DNA of 64,000 nucleotides from IMG/VR virus record IMGVR_UViG_2939127364_000001, one strand, 5' to 3'. A program made the translations under genes and the position numbers. This stretch comes from a virus (lineage: Duplodnaviria > Heunggongvirae > Uroviricota > Caudoviricetes). Position 1 is the stretch's first letter, and every line of letters begins with the position of its first letter. Below the pieces are notes generated by a model. That model had not been told where the DNA came from. It ran no database searches and saw only the letters and a list, made by a program, of their open reading frames with translations. This document shows, piece by piece, positions 37,921-48,500 of the stretch.

Positions 37921-38442
37921 GTGAGCAATACAACGATAGAGATTTTCTCTGGAGAGAAAGATTATGATCTAAACGGTTTTGATTGCGGCGAAGAGTCACT
38001 AAACGCCTTTTTAGCCAACCACTTAAAAAGGCAGCATGAGGGAAAAATTCTTCGTGCTTATGTGCTTTGCACTCAAGAAGAAAGGCCAAAAGTGTTAGGA
38101 TATTACACTTTGTCAGGTAGTTGTTTTGAAAAGGAGTCCTTACCTTCAAGAAGCAAACAAAAGAAGGTTCCTTATCGGAATGTTCCAAGTGTTACTTTGG
38201 GTAGGCTGGCTTTGGACAAGTCCCTTCAAGGTCAAGGATTTGGCTCAATGCTTGTAACACATGCAATGCGCGTTGTGTACAATGCATCTCTTGCTGTAGG
38301 CATTCATGGACTTTTCGTTGAGGCGTTAAATGACAAAGCCAAGGCGTTTTATAAAAGTTTAGACTTTATCCAGCTGGTTGGTAACAACGAGCGTTCTTTG
38401 TTCTATCCTACAAAATCTATCGAAAAATTGTTCGAAGAATAA
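37921..38442 (+). CDS. GNAT acetyltransferase toxin (TacT/AtaT-like)
   Basis: 173 aa, GTG start 8 nt after antitoxin stop; GNAT motif LQGQGFGSMLV; antitoxin-toxin order typical. Confidence 0.7.
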   Translation: MSNTTIEIFSGEKDYDLNGFDCGEESLNAFLANHLKRQHEGKILRAYVLCTQEERPKVLGYYTLSGSCFEKESLPSRSKQKKVPYRNVPSVTLGRLALDKSLQGQGFGSMLVTHAMRVVYNASLAVGIHGLFVEALNDKAKAFYKSLDFIQLVGNNERSLFYPTKSIEKLFEE

Positions 38443-38474
38443 TGTGTTCCCCTCATTTGAGGGGAACTTCGACA

Positions 38475-38660
38475 TCACCAACCACAAACCCTCTCTCCCA
38501 TCGTATTGTGAAAAAGGATTTGGCGTTCGGTTTCTTCAGTCATTACATCATTATTGCTGATATAGATAGGCTCAGCCCCATCGCAGAACAACACGCTGGT
38601 GGTTTGTGGTTTAATGACGCACCCACTTATCATACAACTCACGATGAACGGCAGAAGCAT
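38475..38660 (-). CDS. Rz1-like o-spanin lipoprotein candidate
   Basis: Frame overlapping 3' end of Rz-like gene; MLLPFIVSCMISGC with lipobox ISGC. Confidence 0.4.
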   Translation of the reverse strand: MLLPFIVSCMISGCVIKPQTTSVLFCDGAEPIYISNNDVMTEETERQILFHNTMGERVCGW

Positions 38661-38862
38661 CTTTCTGACGTATTTTACTGCTCGTCTCATTCACCACTTT
38701 CACTGTGTTTTGAAGTCGTTTTCTGTCTTCCTGTTTTGCCTTCTCTTCCATTGCTCGTCGCGCCGCATTCCCGCCCATCGTGTAAGCGCCGACAAAAACG
38801 AAAAGAACGGCAGCCAGCGTAATCAAAGCAACTTTTAGCTTTGTCATCAGGCTGCCTAGCAT
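38611..38862 (-). CDS. Rz-like i-spanin
   Basis: 83 aa; N-terminal transmembrane helix then charged coiled-coil region; follows endolysin-like gene. Confidence 0.5.
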   Translation of the reverse strand: MLGSLMTKLKVALITLAAVLFVFVGAYTMGGNAARRAMEEKAKQEDRKRLQNTVKVVNETSSKIRQKDASAVHRELYDKWVRH

Positions 38863-38863
38863 A

Positions 38864-39583
38864 TTAGACCATCCCTTTCTGGTGTCTTCTTACCTGCGAC
38901 CAGGCAATGAATCCGGCCACAACAATAGTGGCAATGCCGAAGATGATGCGTACTGTATCCCCGCTAGAGATATGACCTTGTGCCTTATCCATAGCAGCGG
39001 AAACCTGCGGCATAACATCGGCCAGCTGCGCCAGACCAATACCTGCTGTAACAGTTGCGCCTGCGGTTTCTTTAGTTACAGGAACAGCCTTCACGGTTTT
39101 CACCGGCTTAACAACGCCAGCTCGACGCAGACCTTCCTCAATAACTTCTGCCGCATACCAGGTGTTCAGCGTTTTTAGCGGGCCTCGGCCATTCTCGTGG
39201 CGAATGATTGCCTCAACCAAAGGTCGAAGGATGTCGTAATCATGCAGATCGATGATCATGTCTGCGGTTACACCAACGGCTTTAGACACCTCATTAATGT
39301 AGGCGTCAGTATTGTTTTCATTCGGCGGTGCCCAGCGTTCAATAACTTCACGAATGGTATCGATACTTGTGCCGTCTTTTGCGCGACGTTTATCGTGGTA
39401 GGTAATTAGAGTCACCGCCAGCGCACGAATCCCCCAAACAGGGTCTTTAAACGTGCAAAAGCGCGGTTCGTCTGGATTCGCAACCAGACCTTGCCACGGT
39501 GATCCTTTATCAAGATTACCGGGGTTATTATTACGAATGCCTCTCGGGGTCTTCATCCTTGATCTCCTGTTATTGCAGTCCAC
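38864..39583 (-). CDS. Putative endolysin / lysis protein with C-terminal hydrophobic segment
   Basis: 239 aa; position between holin-like and spanin genes; C-terminal IIFGIATIVVAGFIAW; enzymatic family not determinable by eye. Confidence 0.35.
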   Translation of the reverse strand: MDCNNRRSRMKTPRGIRNNNPGNLDKGSPWQGLVANPDEPRFCTFKDPVWGIRALAVTLITYHDKRRAKDGTSIDTIREVIERWAPPNENNTDAYINEVSKAVGVTADMIIDLHDYDILRPLVEAIIRHENGRGPLKTLNTWYAAEVIEEGLRRAGVVKPVKTVKAVPVTKETAGATVTAGIGLAQLADVMPQVSAAMDKAQGHISSGDTVRIIFGIATIVVAGFIAWSQVRRHQKGMV

Positions 39584-39905
39584 TTTTTACGCCATACGCG
39601 GCTAACCCCAAAAGCAGTGCGGTAATAATGAACGACGTTATTTTAGAAACAATGCCGCCAAAGAACCCACTTGAGATGGAATCTAACCGGTTAAGGAGTT
39701 TGTCCAGATTGGAGTGTTGAATACTATGTTGCGCCGGGGTCATATCACCAAAGTAGGTTTTCAGCTGATCATTGACCTCCTGGCCAATTTCTTCACGTAG
39801 CTCTTTACCTAATTTGCCAACAACCTCCCGAGCAACGATCGCGGCAATACGCTCAACTTGCTCTGTTGTAACGCCCGCCATCTCGTTCGACATGTTTTCC
39901 TCCAT
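39570..39905 (-). CDS. Putative holin
   Basis: 111 aa; C-terminal transmembrane segment ITSFIITALLLGLAAYGV; first gene of lysis cassette. Confidence 0.35.
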   Translation of the reverse strand: MEENMSNEMAGVTTEQVERIAAIVAREVVGKLGKELREEIGQEVNDQLKTYFGDMTPAQHSIQHSNLDKLLNRLDSISSGFFGGIVSKITSFIITALLLGLAAYGVKSGLQ

Positions 39906-39967
39906 GAAAAGTCAAATCGGGATGGCGGTTTTATATCATAAAACGCCCACACTTGGTAGGTAAGTAC

Positions 39968-40756
39968 TTACACATGAGCGCCGTAAATTGCCCCAGCTTT
40001 AGTCCATGTAGGCGCGTTGCCAGTTACGGCTTTACCAGCTGCCCCGCCGCCGTACATTGTCCCCAATCGTCCAGTAGCAGCAGCACCAGCGGCACCTACA
40101 TTACCTCCACTGCCGCATGTGTATTGAACAGCGGTAGAGCCGATCAAATATTGAGCACCAATCCCGGGAGCGGTTAGAGTGCCAGAAGTTGCCGCACGCG
40201 AAGTTGAAGCTGGCGGCCTTGTAGTGTTTGCAACACCAAACGGGCGACCGCCACCACCCATACCACCATCGGCTGAGTTACCGCCGCCACCACCGCCACC
40301 ACCGGCAATAGCGCCGTTATTGGTTATTCTTAAACGAGTCCCAATCCCGTTGTTAATAGCAGTGCCACCGGCAGCACCGCCACCTTTAACGCCACCATTA
40401 CCGCCACGGCCATAGACAGTTACACCTGCGTTGATTACAAGGCTGATATAAGAGTTGGTAAGTGAACTCGGGAAATCTAAACATGGCACGCCGCTACTGG
40501 ACGACACCAGATCCCCTGTAATGGTAACAACGACTGGCGTCGCCCCCTGGGATTTTAAATAGTTGATCAGTGTGTCTTTGTTGTAGTTATGATTCGCACC
40601 GATGCTGTACTGAACTTCTTTAGATCGCCCGGCCATTTGAGACATTGAACCAGCCGCTGGCAGTTGCACCGCCGTTCGAGCCGCACTCATCCATCTCTGG
40701 CCTGTCACACTGACAGCCGAAGACCCAATCCAACCGGGAACACCGACAATTGGCAC
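39968..40756 (-). CDS. gp38-like tail fiber adhesin with glycine-rich motifs
   Basis: GTG start at 40756 preceded by AAAGGAG; N-terminus PIVGVPGWIGSSAVSVTGQRWMS and GRSKEV...TGDLVSSS...GRGGNGG...NNGAIAGGGGGGGG resemble recalled T2-type gp38; directly downstream of long tail fiber. Confidence 0.6.
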   Translation of the reverse strand: MPIVGVPGWIGSSAVSVTGQRWMSAARTAVQLPAAGSMSQMAGRSKEVQYSIGANHNYNKDTLINYLKSQGATPVVVTITGDLVSSSSGVPCLDFPSSLTNSYISLVINAGVTVYGRGGNGGVKGGGAAGGTAINNGIGTRLRITNNGAIAGGGGGGGGNSADGGMGGGGRPFGVANTTRPPASTSRAATSGTLTAPGIGAQYLIGSTAVQYTCGSGGNVGAAGAAATGRLGTMYGGGAAGKAVTGNAPTWTKAGAIYGAHV

Positions 40757-40822
40757 ATCTAATCTCCTTTTTGATGTGAATATCCTGAATTGGTGAGGGT
40801 GGCCCCTCACCATTCACCTTGA

Positions 40823-43800
40823 TTACATTTTTGCCTTCAGTTCGCGCACTTCCTCGCGCAGCTCTTTGACAGCCTCGACCAACATGCCGATAACGCCGTT
40901 GTAGTTAAGACGCAGACGAGGCTCTCCTGACTGATCGTTATGGTCAACCGTTACCAGTTCAGGCTGAACATTCTGGACGTCCTGAGCGATGAGGCCGCCA
41001 GACTGCTCATAACGGCCACAGACCTGAATCTCGTAGAGAACACCTTCGATCTGCTCCAGCTTGTCGAGCGCCCGCTCAATTTTGCGAATATTGCGCTTAC
41101 TACGGCGGTCGGAACGGATGTAAACGTCGTTAAAGCTACCATTCCCACCACAAACCCAAGTGCCGTCATTTTGCAAATAAGCATTAGCATCAGTGCCATT
41201 ATCAGTACGTGAGTTGTTTATCATGTAAAAGCCGAATTGGCTGTTACCTAAACCACCAACAAAAAATTTCCTATCAGCATGGTCTTGTCTTAACAATGCC
41301 TGAGCAGAACTAGTTGATACCTGATTAAGACCAAAAATAACGTTTTGATCTCGCATGCTAATCCAAGAACCTGAGTTGCTGTTAATAGAAAACCTGTTTG
41401 CATATACCCAGGAATTGGTTTTTATATCTCCAGTAACGTTGACAGGCTTATTGCTTTGAACACTCCCACTCGTAAAGCGTAAAACTTGGGTGTTATTGGC
41501 GTAAACATCAAGAATGCCATCTCCATTTTGTTTTAATCCGGTATCGCTATCACCCAGAACAATTGAGTTCCCACCAAGACCATTGACCACACCCAGCCCA
41601 AGACCACCGTCAACAACAGCACCATTGCCCATTGCTACTCTGCCATTAGTGAGATTTACATAAAATGGACGAAGCGAACCTATATCACCATTTTCTCCCT
41701 GGTCTTTTGCTGTCGGGATAAGGTAAAAATTATTTTCGGAACGGCGAAAAATCATCCCGTATGCCGCATCGTAAATGCGCAACCCATCCGTAGAGCGGAT
41801 CTTAAGCTGTCCGGACATCGTACCGCCGCTGTTTTTCATAAATAGCGCATCAATCCAGCCTGCAAATCCCGACTTATTAATGTATAAATTTCCATCATTT
41901 GCCAGAATGCCTCCACCTTGCGTCTTGAGGGGCTGACTCACATTTTGCAGCGTCAGCACACCAGTCATTGTTCCGCCAGAAATCGGTAACGCACCGACAT
42001 CAGCCGCTGTGGGTTTATGAGCAGTGGTATAGACCTGCGCCCAACCAGACCAATTCGCTGTCGAAGTATCACGGCGTGAACGAACATAAACCGGTGCATG
42101 AGCACCATTCGTTCCGCTCCAGCCAATAAGCAACTCGCCCTCACCAGCAGCACTCGCACCTTTCATGTGCAATACGTTGCCATACGTGGTCGGGTAGCTA
42201 TTGTTGTACGCCTCATACATTTGAATGCCAGCAGTGCCTTGAGTAGAGCCACTTAACGCCGTTACGGGCCCGCGTGATACCAATGTATTAATGTTGATAT
42301 CGCCTGAGCCATCAAACTTAACACCATTGATGTTTCTAGCAGTTTGCAACTTCGTAGCTGTTGAAGCATTACCGTTCAAGCTACCATTGATGCCGCCAGT
42401 AACATTGAGTCCATTACCAATGGACACAGCACCGCTGGTATTATTAATTGTAATCGGTCGCAAACCGTTCCATGAACCTAATGTGTCTCCTGATGCTGTT
42501 AGCATGAAATATGTGTTCGACCCATCATTACGGATAAAGAACCCAAAGCTACCGTAAGCAATGCGGAAACCATTTGCATATTTTGAAATGATCTCGCCAG
42601 AAGATGTCAAACCTCCAGATAATGTCCCACCGGTAAGAGGTAATGCACCAACGTCAGATGCTGTTGGTTTATTTTTCGTGTTATATACTCTTCGCCATCC
42701 TGGAGAATAATCTGTGCCATTAAATACATAGATAAACTCCGCATTAGTGAGAGCACCAGAGACACTCGTCGTTGTGGCCGTTGTTATACGGATCGTATAA
42801 TTGTTTGAGCTACTACCGTTATTAAATACCTCTATAACAGCTCCTGCCAATGGAATAACGCCACAACCAGTTTCACTATTTGGTATGGTTGCACTATTGG
42901 CATAGGCCCACGCACATCGAGCAATCCATGACCTTGTGGTAAACGCGCCGTTATTTTGCAATAACGTCACTAACTGTGCTGTTGTTATTGCTCCGCCATT
43001 ACTTCCTGTAGTTAACCAACCAGTAGGAGATGCCGGGCAACCTATATCGGCAGGCCCCAACGATATATTTCTTGTGCCATCAAACGCAATACCGTTGATG
43101 GTTCTTGCGGTTTGCAACTTCGTAGCAGTAGCCGCGTTGCCCGTTGTATTCTGATTACCAGTCGTATTAACACCTGGCAAATTAATATTCGCAGTACCAT
43201 CAAAGCTCACGCCGCCGATAGTTCTTGCCGTCTGAAGTTTTGTAGCAGTTGCAGCATTACCAGTGGTGTTCTGATTACCCGTAGTATTTACACCTGGAAG
43301 GTTGATATTTGCAGAACCGTCGAAACCAACTCCACCGATAGATCTTGCCGTCTGCAATTTCGTTGCTGTACTTGCATTACCATTTAATGTTCCGGTGATC
43401 CCACCAGTAACAGACAACGGACCTGAAACTGTTCCTCCGGTTGTTGGCAGTGCTCCAATATCTAACGGCGTCGGTTTCTGATGTGTGCTATACATCGTAT
43501 AAACAACACCATCGGTAACGCTGGAAGGCTTACTCGCTGAATATGTTGGCGATGTATAAATAGAAACTGTCGCATTTGCAGTACAATCCCAATGGATATT
43601 TACACGAGTCGCATAATTGCCAATCTCAACGTAAATATCATATGTATCGCCGGATGTGTTGATCCAGGCGAAATTCGTTAATCCGACAGCTGTACGCTTC
43701 CACAAAGCACCTGTAATCCCTTTGGGGTTTCCATTGCCTGCTCGTAGAACCAGTTCTGAAATACCTGCCTGATGTGGGGAGCCAACGTTAAACCCTGCGC

Positions 43801-45469
43801 CACCAATCAGGCTTATGTAAACCACGGAACTGGCTTGTGGCATGGTTACAGTTGCCAGCTTGAACCATCCGGCACCACCACTAAAAGACATTGTTATTGA
43901 ATTTAAAGTACCAATATCTTTCGGCGTTAATGTGATATCCGCAGTCAGTGCTTTACCGTTAACTTTTCGGTTAGATGGTACCCTGCCATTCGCATTGTCA
44001 TTGGCTGCTTTAACTGCCTTCGGTGTCGCGGCAAGCGTTTCAGATGTGCTGTTGGTTGCACTACTGAGCTGGACTATCCCCTTTTTCGTCGTGCTCGCAT
44101 CCTCAAGCGCCACGGCGGATGCAATATCCTCTGCCCGTTTTGCCGCTGTCTCAGCGCGCGTTGCTGCGGATTCTGCCGTACTTTTGCTCTGTGCTGCCGC
44201 CGTCGCACTGCCAGCAGCCTCTGTTGCCTTCGTGGATGCCGTCGTGGCGCTGCCCTTCGCTGCTGACGCCTGTCTGGTCGCCTCATCTTTTGAAGCAGAC
44301 GCAGATGATGCCGATGACGCTGCCGAACTGGCGGACGATGCCGCTGCCGTTTTTGAGGATTCTGCACGGGTTTCCGACGCTTTCGCGTTCGTTTCGGATG
44401 TCTTCGCTGCGGAAGCTGACCTCGCTGCTGCGCTGGCCTGTTCAGTGGCTTGGCCAGCCTTCGTTGTGGCTGTTGAAGCAGACGATGCGGCACTTTCTGC
44501 CGATTTTCCGGCGGCGGTGGCACTGGCTGAGGCCTGCCCGGCACTTGTTGACGCGGCACTGGCAGACGACGCAGCCGCTGTTTTTGAGCCTGCCGCAGCC
44601 GAGGCGCTCTGTCCCGCTGCCGTTTCAGAAGACCTGGCGTTCGTCTCGGACGTTTTTGCCGCCTTCGCGGAATTTCCTGCCGCCGTTGCCGAGGAAGCGG
44701 CATTACTGGCGCTCGAGGCTGCGCTCGTTTCTGATGATTTCGCTGCCTCTTTTGAGGCCGCCGCATCCCGGGCTGAGGTGGCAGCTTCTGACGCCTTCGT
44801 GGTCGCGGTGGATGCAGAAGTGGCTGCAGATTTTTGTGACGCTGCAGCATTCGTTTCAGATTTTTTCGCAGCAGTTGCACTCGCACTTGCGGCACTTTGT
44901 GAGGATGCCGCAGCGGATGCACTTTGAGACGCTTGAGAGGCTTTTTCTCCAGCAGTATTGGCGCTTTCTGCTGCTGCGGCAGCACTGGCCGCCGCCTCAC
45001 GAGCTTTGTCGCCAGCAGCATCAATCGCGTCAGTGTTATTTTTATACCACTCAACGTTTTCGTTGTGCTCGTTGACGATCTGCATTAGCGGCTTAACGGT
45101 CACTTCTGTACCGTCTTCACGCTCGATTGTCACCTCATCCAGCGCAGTCAACCAACTGCGTATGGACTTGGAATCAGCCGACATACGCGACATTAGCGCA
45201 GTAAAGCGCGCGCTAAACTGTGTTAAGTCGCCTTCATAGGTCGTAATGATTCGGCACGGAACCTCAGACTGAGTTTCGCCGGTATAAGGTTCTGAGAGAA
45301 CAATATTCGTATCGCTTATTACGCGCTTGATCTCGTACAGCTTATTGTCGGGGCCAATGACGATCATCCCCGGCAACACACCATTAGCTGTTACGTTCCA
45401 GGCTGTCCCTGCCCCAACCAGAGTATTGCTACCCTGTGTAAATGTGATAGTACCTTCCCTGTACCACAT
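40823..45469 (-). CDS. Long side tail fiber protein
   Basis: 1548 aa; Ala/Ser/Thr-rich low-complexity region, tandem tail-fibre repeats (ATATKLQTARTIGGVSFDG), C-terminal SDRRSKRNI segment resembling S74 intramolecular chaperone domain. Confidence 0.85.
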   Translation of the reverse strand: MWYREGTITFTQGSNTLVGAGTAWNVTANGVLPGMIVIGPDNKLYEIKRVISDTNIVLSEPYTGETQSEVPCRIITTYEGDLTQFSARFTALMSRMSADSKSIRSWLTALDEVTIEREDGTEVTVKPLMQIVNEHNENVEWYKNNTDAIDAAGDKAREAAASAAAAAESANTAGEKASQASQSASAAASSQSAASASATAAKKSETNAAASQKSAATSASTATTKASEAATSARDAAASKEAAKSSETSAASSASNAASSATAAGNSAKAAKTSETNARSSETAAGQSASAAAGSKTAAASSASAASTSAGQASASATAAGKSAESAASSASTATTKAGQATEQASAAARSASAAKTSETNAKASETRAESSKTAAASSASSAASSASSASASKDEATRQASAAKGSATTASTKATEAAGSATAAAQSKSTAESAATRAETAAKRAEDIASAVALEDASTTKKGIVQLSSATNSTSETLAATPKAVKAANDNANGRVPSNRKVNGKALTADITLTPKDIGTLNSITMSFSGGAGWFKLATVTMPQASSVVYISLIGGAGFNVGSPHQAGISELVLRAGNGNPKGITGALWKRTAVGLTNFAWINTSGDTYDIYVEIGNYATRVNIHWDCTANATVSIYTSPTYSASKPSSVTDGVVYTMYSTHQKPTPLDIGALPTTGGTVSGPLSVTGGITGTLNGNASTATKLQTARSIGGVGFDGSANINLPGVNTTGNQNTTGNAATATKLQTARTIGGVSFDGTANINLPGVNTTGNQNTTGNAATATKLQTARTINGIAFDGTRNISLGPADIGCPASPTGWLTTGSNGGAITTAQLVTLLQNNGAFTTRSWIARCAWAYANSATIPNSETGCGVIPLAGAVIEVFNNGSSSNNYTIRITTATTTSVSGALTNAEFIYVFNGTDYSPGWRRVYNTKNKPTASDVGALPLTGGTLSGGLTSSGEIISKYANGFRIAYGSFGFFIRNDGSNTYFMLTASGDTLGSWNGLRPITINNTSGAVSIGNGLNVTGGINGSLNGNASTATKLQTARNINGVKFDGSGDININTLVSRGPVTALSGSTQGTAGIQMYEAYNNSYPTTYGNVLHMKGASAAGEGELLIGWSGTNGAHAPVYVRSRRDTSTANWSGWAQVYTTAHKPTAADVGALPISGGTMTGVLTLQNVSQPLKTQGGGILANDGNLYINKSGFAGWIDALFMKNSGGTMSGQLKIRSTDGLRIYDAAYGMIFRRSENNFYLIPTAKDQGENGDIGSLRPFYVNLTNGRVAMGNGAVVDGGLGLGVVNGLGGNSIVLGDSDTGLKQNGDGILDVYANNTQVLRFTSGSVQSNKPVNVTGDIKTNSWVYANRFSINSNSGSWISMRDQNVIFGLNQVSTSSAQALLRQDHADRKFFVGGLGNSQFGFYMINNSRTDNGTDANAYLQNDGTWVCGGNGSFNDVYIRSDRRSKRNIRKIERALDKLEQIEGVLYEIQVCGRYEQSGGLIAQDVQNVQPELVTVDHNDQSGEPRLRLNYNGVIGMLVEAVKELREEVRELKAKM

Positions 45470-45562
45470 GTTGAATATGCTCCTTGATTTGGCGGGTTAT
45501 CCTTGCCCGCCATTAAGTAAATGCTTACCTATTTTTACCGATATAAAAATTTTTTTCCACCA

Positions 45563-48500
45563 TCACAGACGGCCAATTCTTACTCGTAAGACGTTGTTAT
45601 CGTCATAAACGTCAATCCGCTGACCATTTATAACCAATCGCCCATTGCCGCCGCTATTACCGTTGATCTCAAGCGTTCCATTTTTGCCGAACCGCCATCC
45701 AGATCTACCGCTAACAAAATTGGTAGATTGCAGATCGCCTACTTTTGCATTGGTGATTGTGCCATCCTTGATATACGCTCCATTCATATAGGCGATACTG
45801 TTTTCGATAACAAATGGCGTTGTGATCTTCCCGTTAACAGAGTTGACCAAACCAAACCTGTCCGCCTGAACCAAAAACTGAGATAGCCCAGTGGTGTCAA
45901 TACCAAGCGCAATACCGGCAACATACTTCTGACCTCCGCTCGTTGAAGTCTCCATTTTCAACGTCCACGCGGTTGACACTTTTTTGTTGGTATCAGCAAT
46001 AGCTGTTGCCTGCTGTTGAATTGTCGCGGTATTTCCATCCACCTCTGCTTTCAGAGTATCGATTCGCCCACTCAGAGCATTATCTGCCTGCGTTCTCGCT
46101 GTCGTTTCAGTTGTTACCGCCGCGGAAATGTTGGCTGCCGTTTGAGACTCTAAGTTTGTGATTTGAGTCGCCAATGCAGCATCTTGGTCTGTACGCGTTT
46201 TCGTTTCGGTTGCTACAGCCGCTTTAATATCCTCTTTGTATTGAGAGGTCAGCTTGGTGATCTGAGACGACAACGCCGAGTCAGCATCAGTTCGAGCCTG
46301 CGTTTCAACTGCAACGGCCGCACTAATATCTTTCGCTGTCTGTGCTTTTAAATTTGAAACCTCTTTTGTTAAAGCGGTATCACCATCTGCACGAGCCGTT
46401 GTTTCTCTGGCAAGAGACGCCTCGAGATCATTAGCTTTTGCTGTAAGAGACGTAATCTGGGTAGACAATGCACTATCGGCATCAGTCCTTGCTTTTGTCT
46501 CTACAGCAACCGCTGCGGCAATATCAGTTCCGGTTTGTGCTCGCAGGCTGTTAATTTCTCGTGAGAGCGCCTGGTCAGCACTTGCTCTGGCCTCCTGCTC
46601 CTGAGTGATGGCAGCGGATATATCACCGTCAACCTTTGACTGAAGCTGGTTTATTTGTTTGGCTAACGCAGAGTCCCCGCTTGCTCGGGCCTCCTGCTCA
46701 CTACGTATTGCAGCAGAAATATCATCATCAACCTTTGCCTGAAGTTGGGTGATCTGGCTTGCCAGAGCCGAATCTTCCGTTGCTCGGGCTTCTTGCTCTT
46801 CCTTAATAGCTGCGACGATATCGTTGCTTACTTTCGACTCAAGCTGAGTGATCTGTGTCGTCAGAGCTTCATCGGCAGATGTACGAGCCTCCTGCTCTGT
46901 ACTAATCGCCGCGCTGATATCTCCTTCAAACTTAGATTGCAGCTGAGTGACACGCTTTGCCAACGCTTCATCGCCATCGGCACGAGCGGTGGACTCTTCC
47001 AGAATACTGGCCTTAATGTCTTCGCCAATTTCTACGCGAATTTCCTCAACCTTCGTGGCCATTGCAGACATATCATCAGCAAAGGTTTTCTGTGTTGTTG
47101 CGATCTTCGCGTTATTGACCATCTGCTTGTGCTGGTCTTCATCTTGACGAAGAGCCAGGTCAATATTTGTTTTGGCTAACGCCTCAATGTTCGTAGTCAG
47201 TTCTGCACTTGCACGATCGACCTCTGCAACCGTCTTTTTCATTTCTTCAACGGCAGCGGAGCTTTCCTCTACCGTTGACTGCAACACTTCCAGTTGTTTA
47301 GCGTTTGCAGCATCGCCTTCAACACGAGCCTCGCTTTCCTTAGCAATAAGAGCCGCCGCTTCATCTCTTGCAGCCTTTATTGCCTCGACTGTATTAGCGA
47401 GAGCTTTATCGTGTTCAGATACGGTGTTTTCGATTTCAACAATTGCAGCATCAGTAGCATCAATTTTTTCAAACGCTTCATTGACCTTGTCGATCGTTGC
47501 CGAAACCTCACCTTTAAGCTCGGTTTGTGCGTTCTCCAAAGCATCGCTACGCTCGTTGAATTTTATTTCAAAATCCGCGAGGTTATCGCTGAACTGCTTA
47601 TCTAATTCAGCTATATCTTCCTTAACGTCGTTTACCGCCCCCTCCAAAGATTCGACGCTCTGGTTGATATGCTCATTTAACTCGTCAACTGCTTCTTGAG
47701 AGGCTTTGCTGTTGATGTCCTCAAGCAGAGCCTGACCAAGCTCGGAAGATGTAATTTTGCCAGTCAGGAACGACAGTACATCGCGAGTTGTCGCCTCTGT
47801 ACCCAAGTTTGAGTTCGGAGGACTTAACATACCTCGCTTGTTCGATGCTCGAACCCAGTAATACCACGTTTCACTATCCCCAAGACCAGCATGTGTAAAG
47901 GTGGTGCTTGCAGACTCTGCGATCAGTTTCGCCGTATCCAGATTGTTGGTCTGGGATGCGTAAACATTAATGTGATCAAGGTCTACCGAATCTGGATTAA
48001 CCCAATTCAGTATCACATTACGATAGTCTCCAACGGCCGTTAATGACGTTGGTGCATCCGGCGGTGTCATTGTGCCCAGCACCTGATAAACGGTACTGAT
48101 AATTTCTGTTTTTTTACCGTTGAATGAAACCGCATACAGTTGGAAGTCGTAGCGTCCATTCTCCGCGACATTAACAATTTCGTATTGCTCTTCGGTTACA
48201 CGCGCCGATTGCCAGTTCGATATATTGTTTTCATCAGAACGTCGCCAACTGATCCAATACTCTGGAGATTTCCCTTCCCATGTTGCAGTCAGTTTTACTG
48301 ACAGGTTGCCAGGGCTTGAGAGATAAGTCCCTTCGGTGATTTGCAAATTAGACGGCTTGGAGTAAGTCGGGTCCAATACCGTCGTATTCTGCGGGATAAG
48401 CGTTGCACCATTGTCGATCGCCTCATATTTAGACGGATTGTTCTCAACAGCGGTGATGTCAAAGCTACCCGGCGTTTCCCCCTGCGCGATGTTAACGATG

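Noticed and set aside
38442-38822. Plus-strand ORF antisense to the spanin genes
   Set aside because: Antisense to a coherent lysis cassette, without RBS; likely spurious.
43842-45075. Long ORFs in alternative frames (361, 326 and 318 aa) overlapping the tail fiber gene
   Set aside because: They arise from the GC-rich, Ala/Ser-codon-biased low-complexity region and encode Arg/Pro/Gln-rich nonsense.
46163-47699. Alternative-frame ORFs inside the J-like gene repeat region
   Set aside because: Consequence of repetitive sequence; the J-like frame is continuous and homologous to lambda J.
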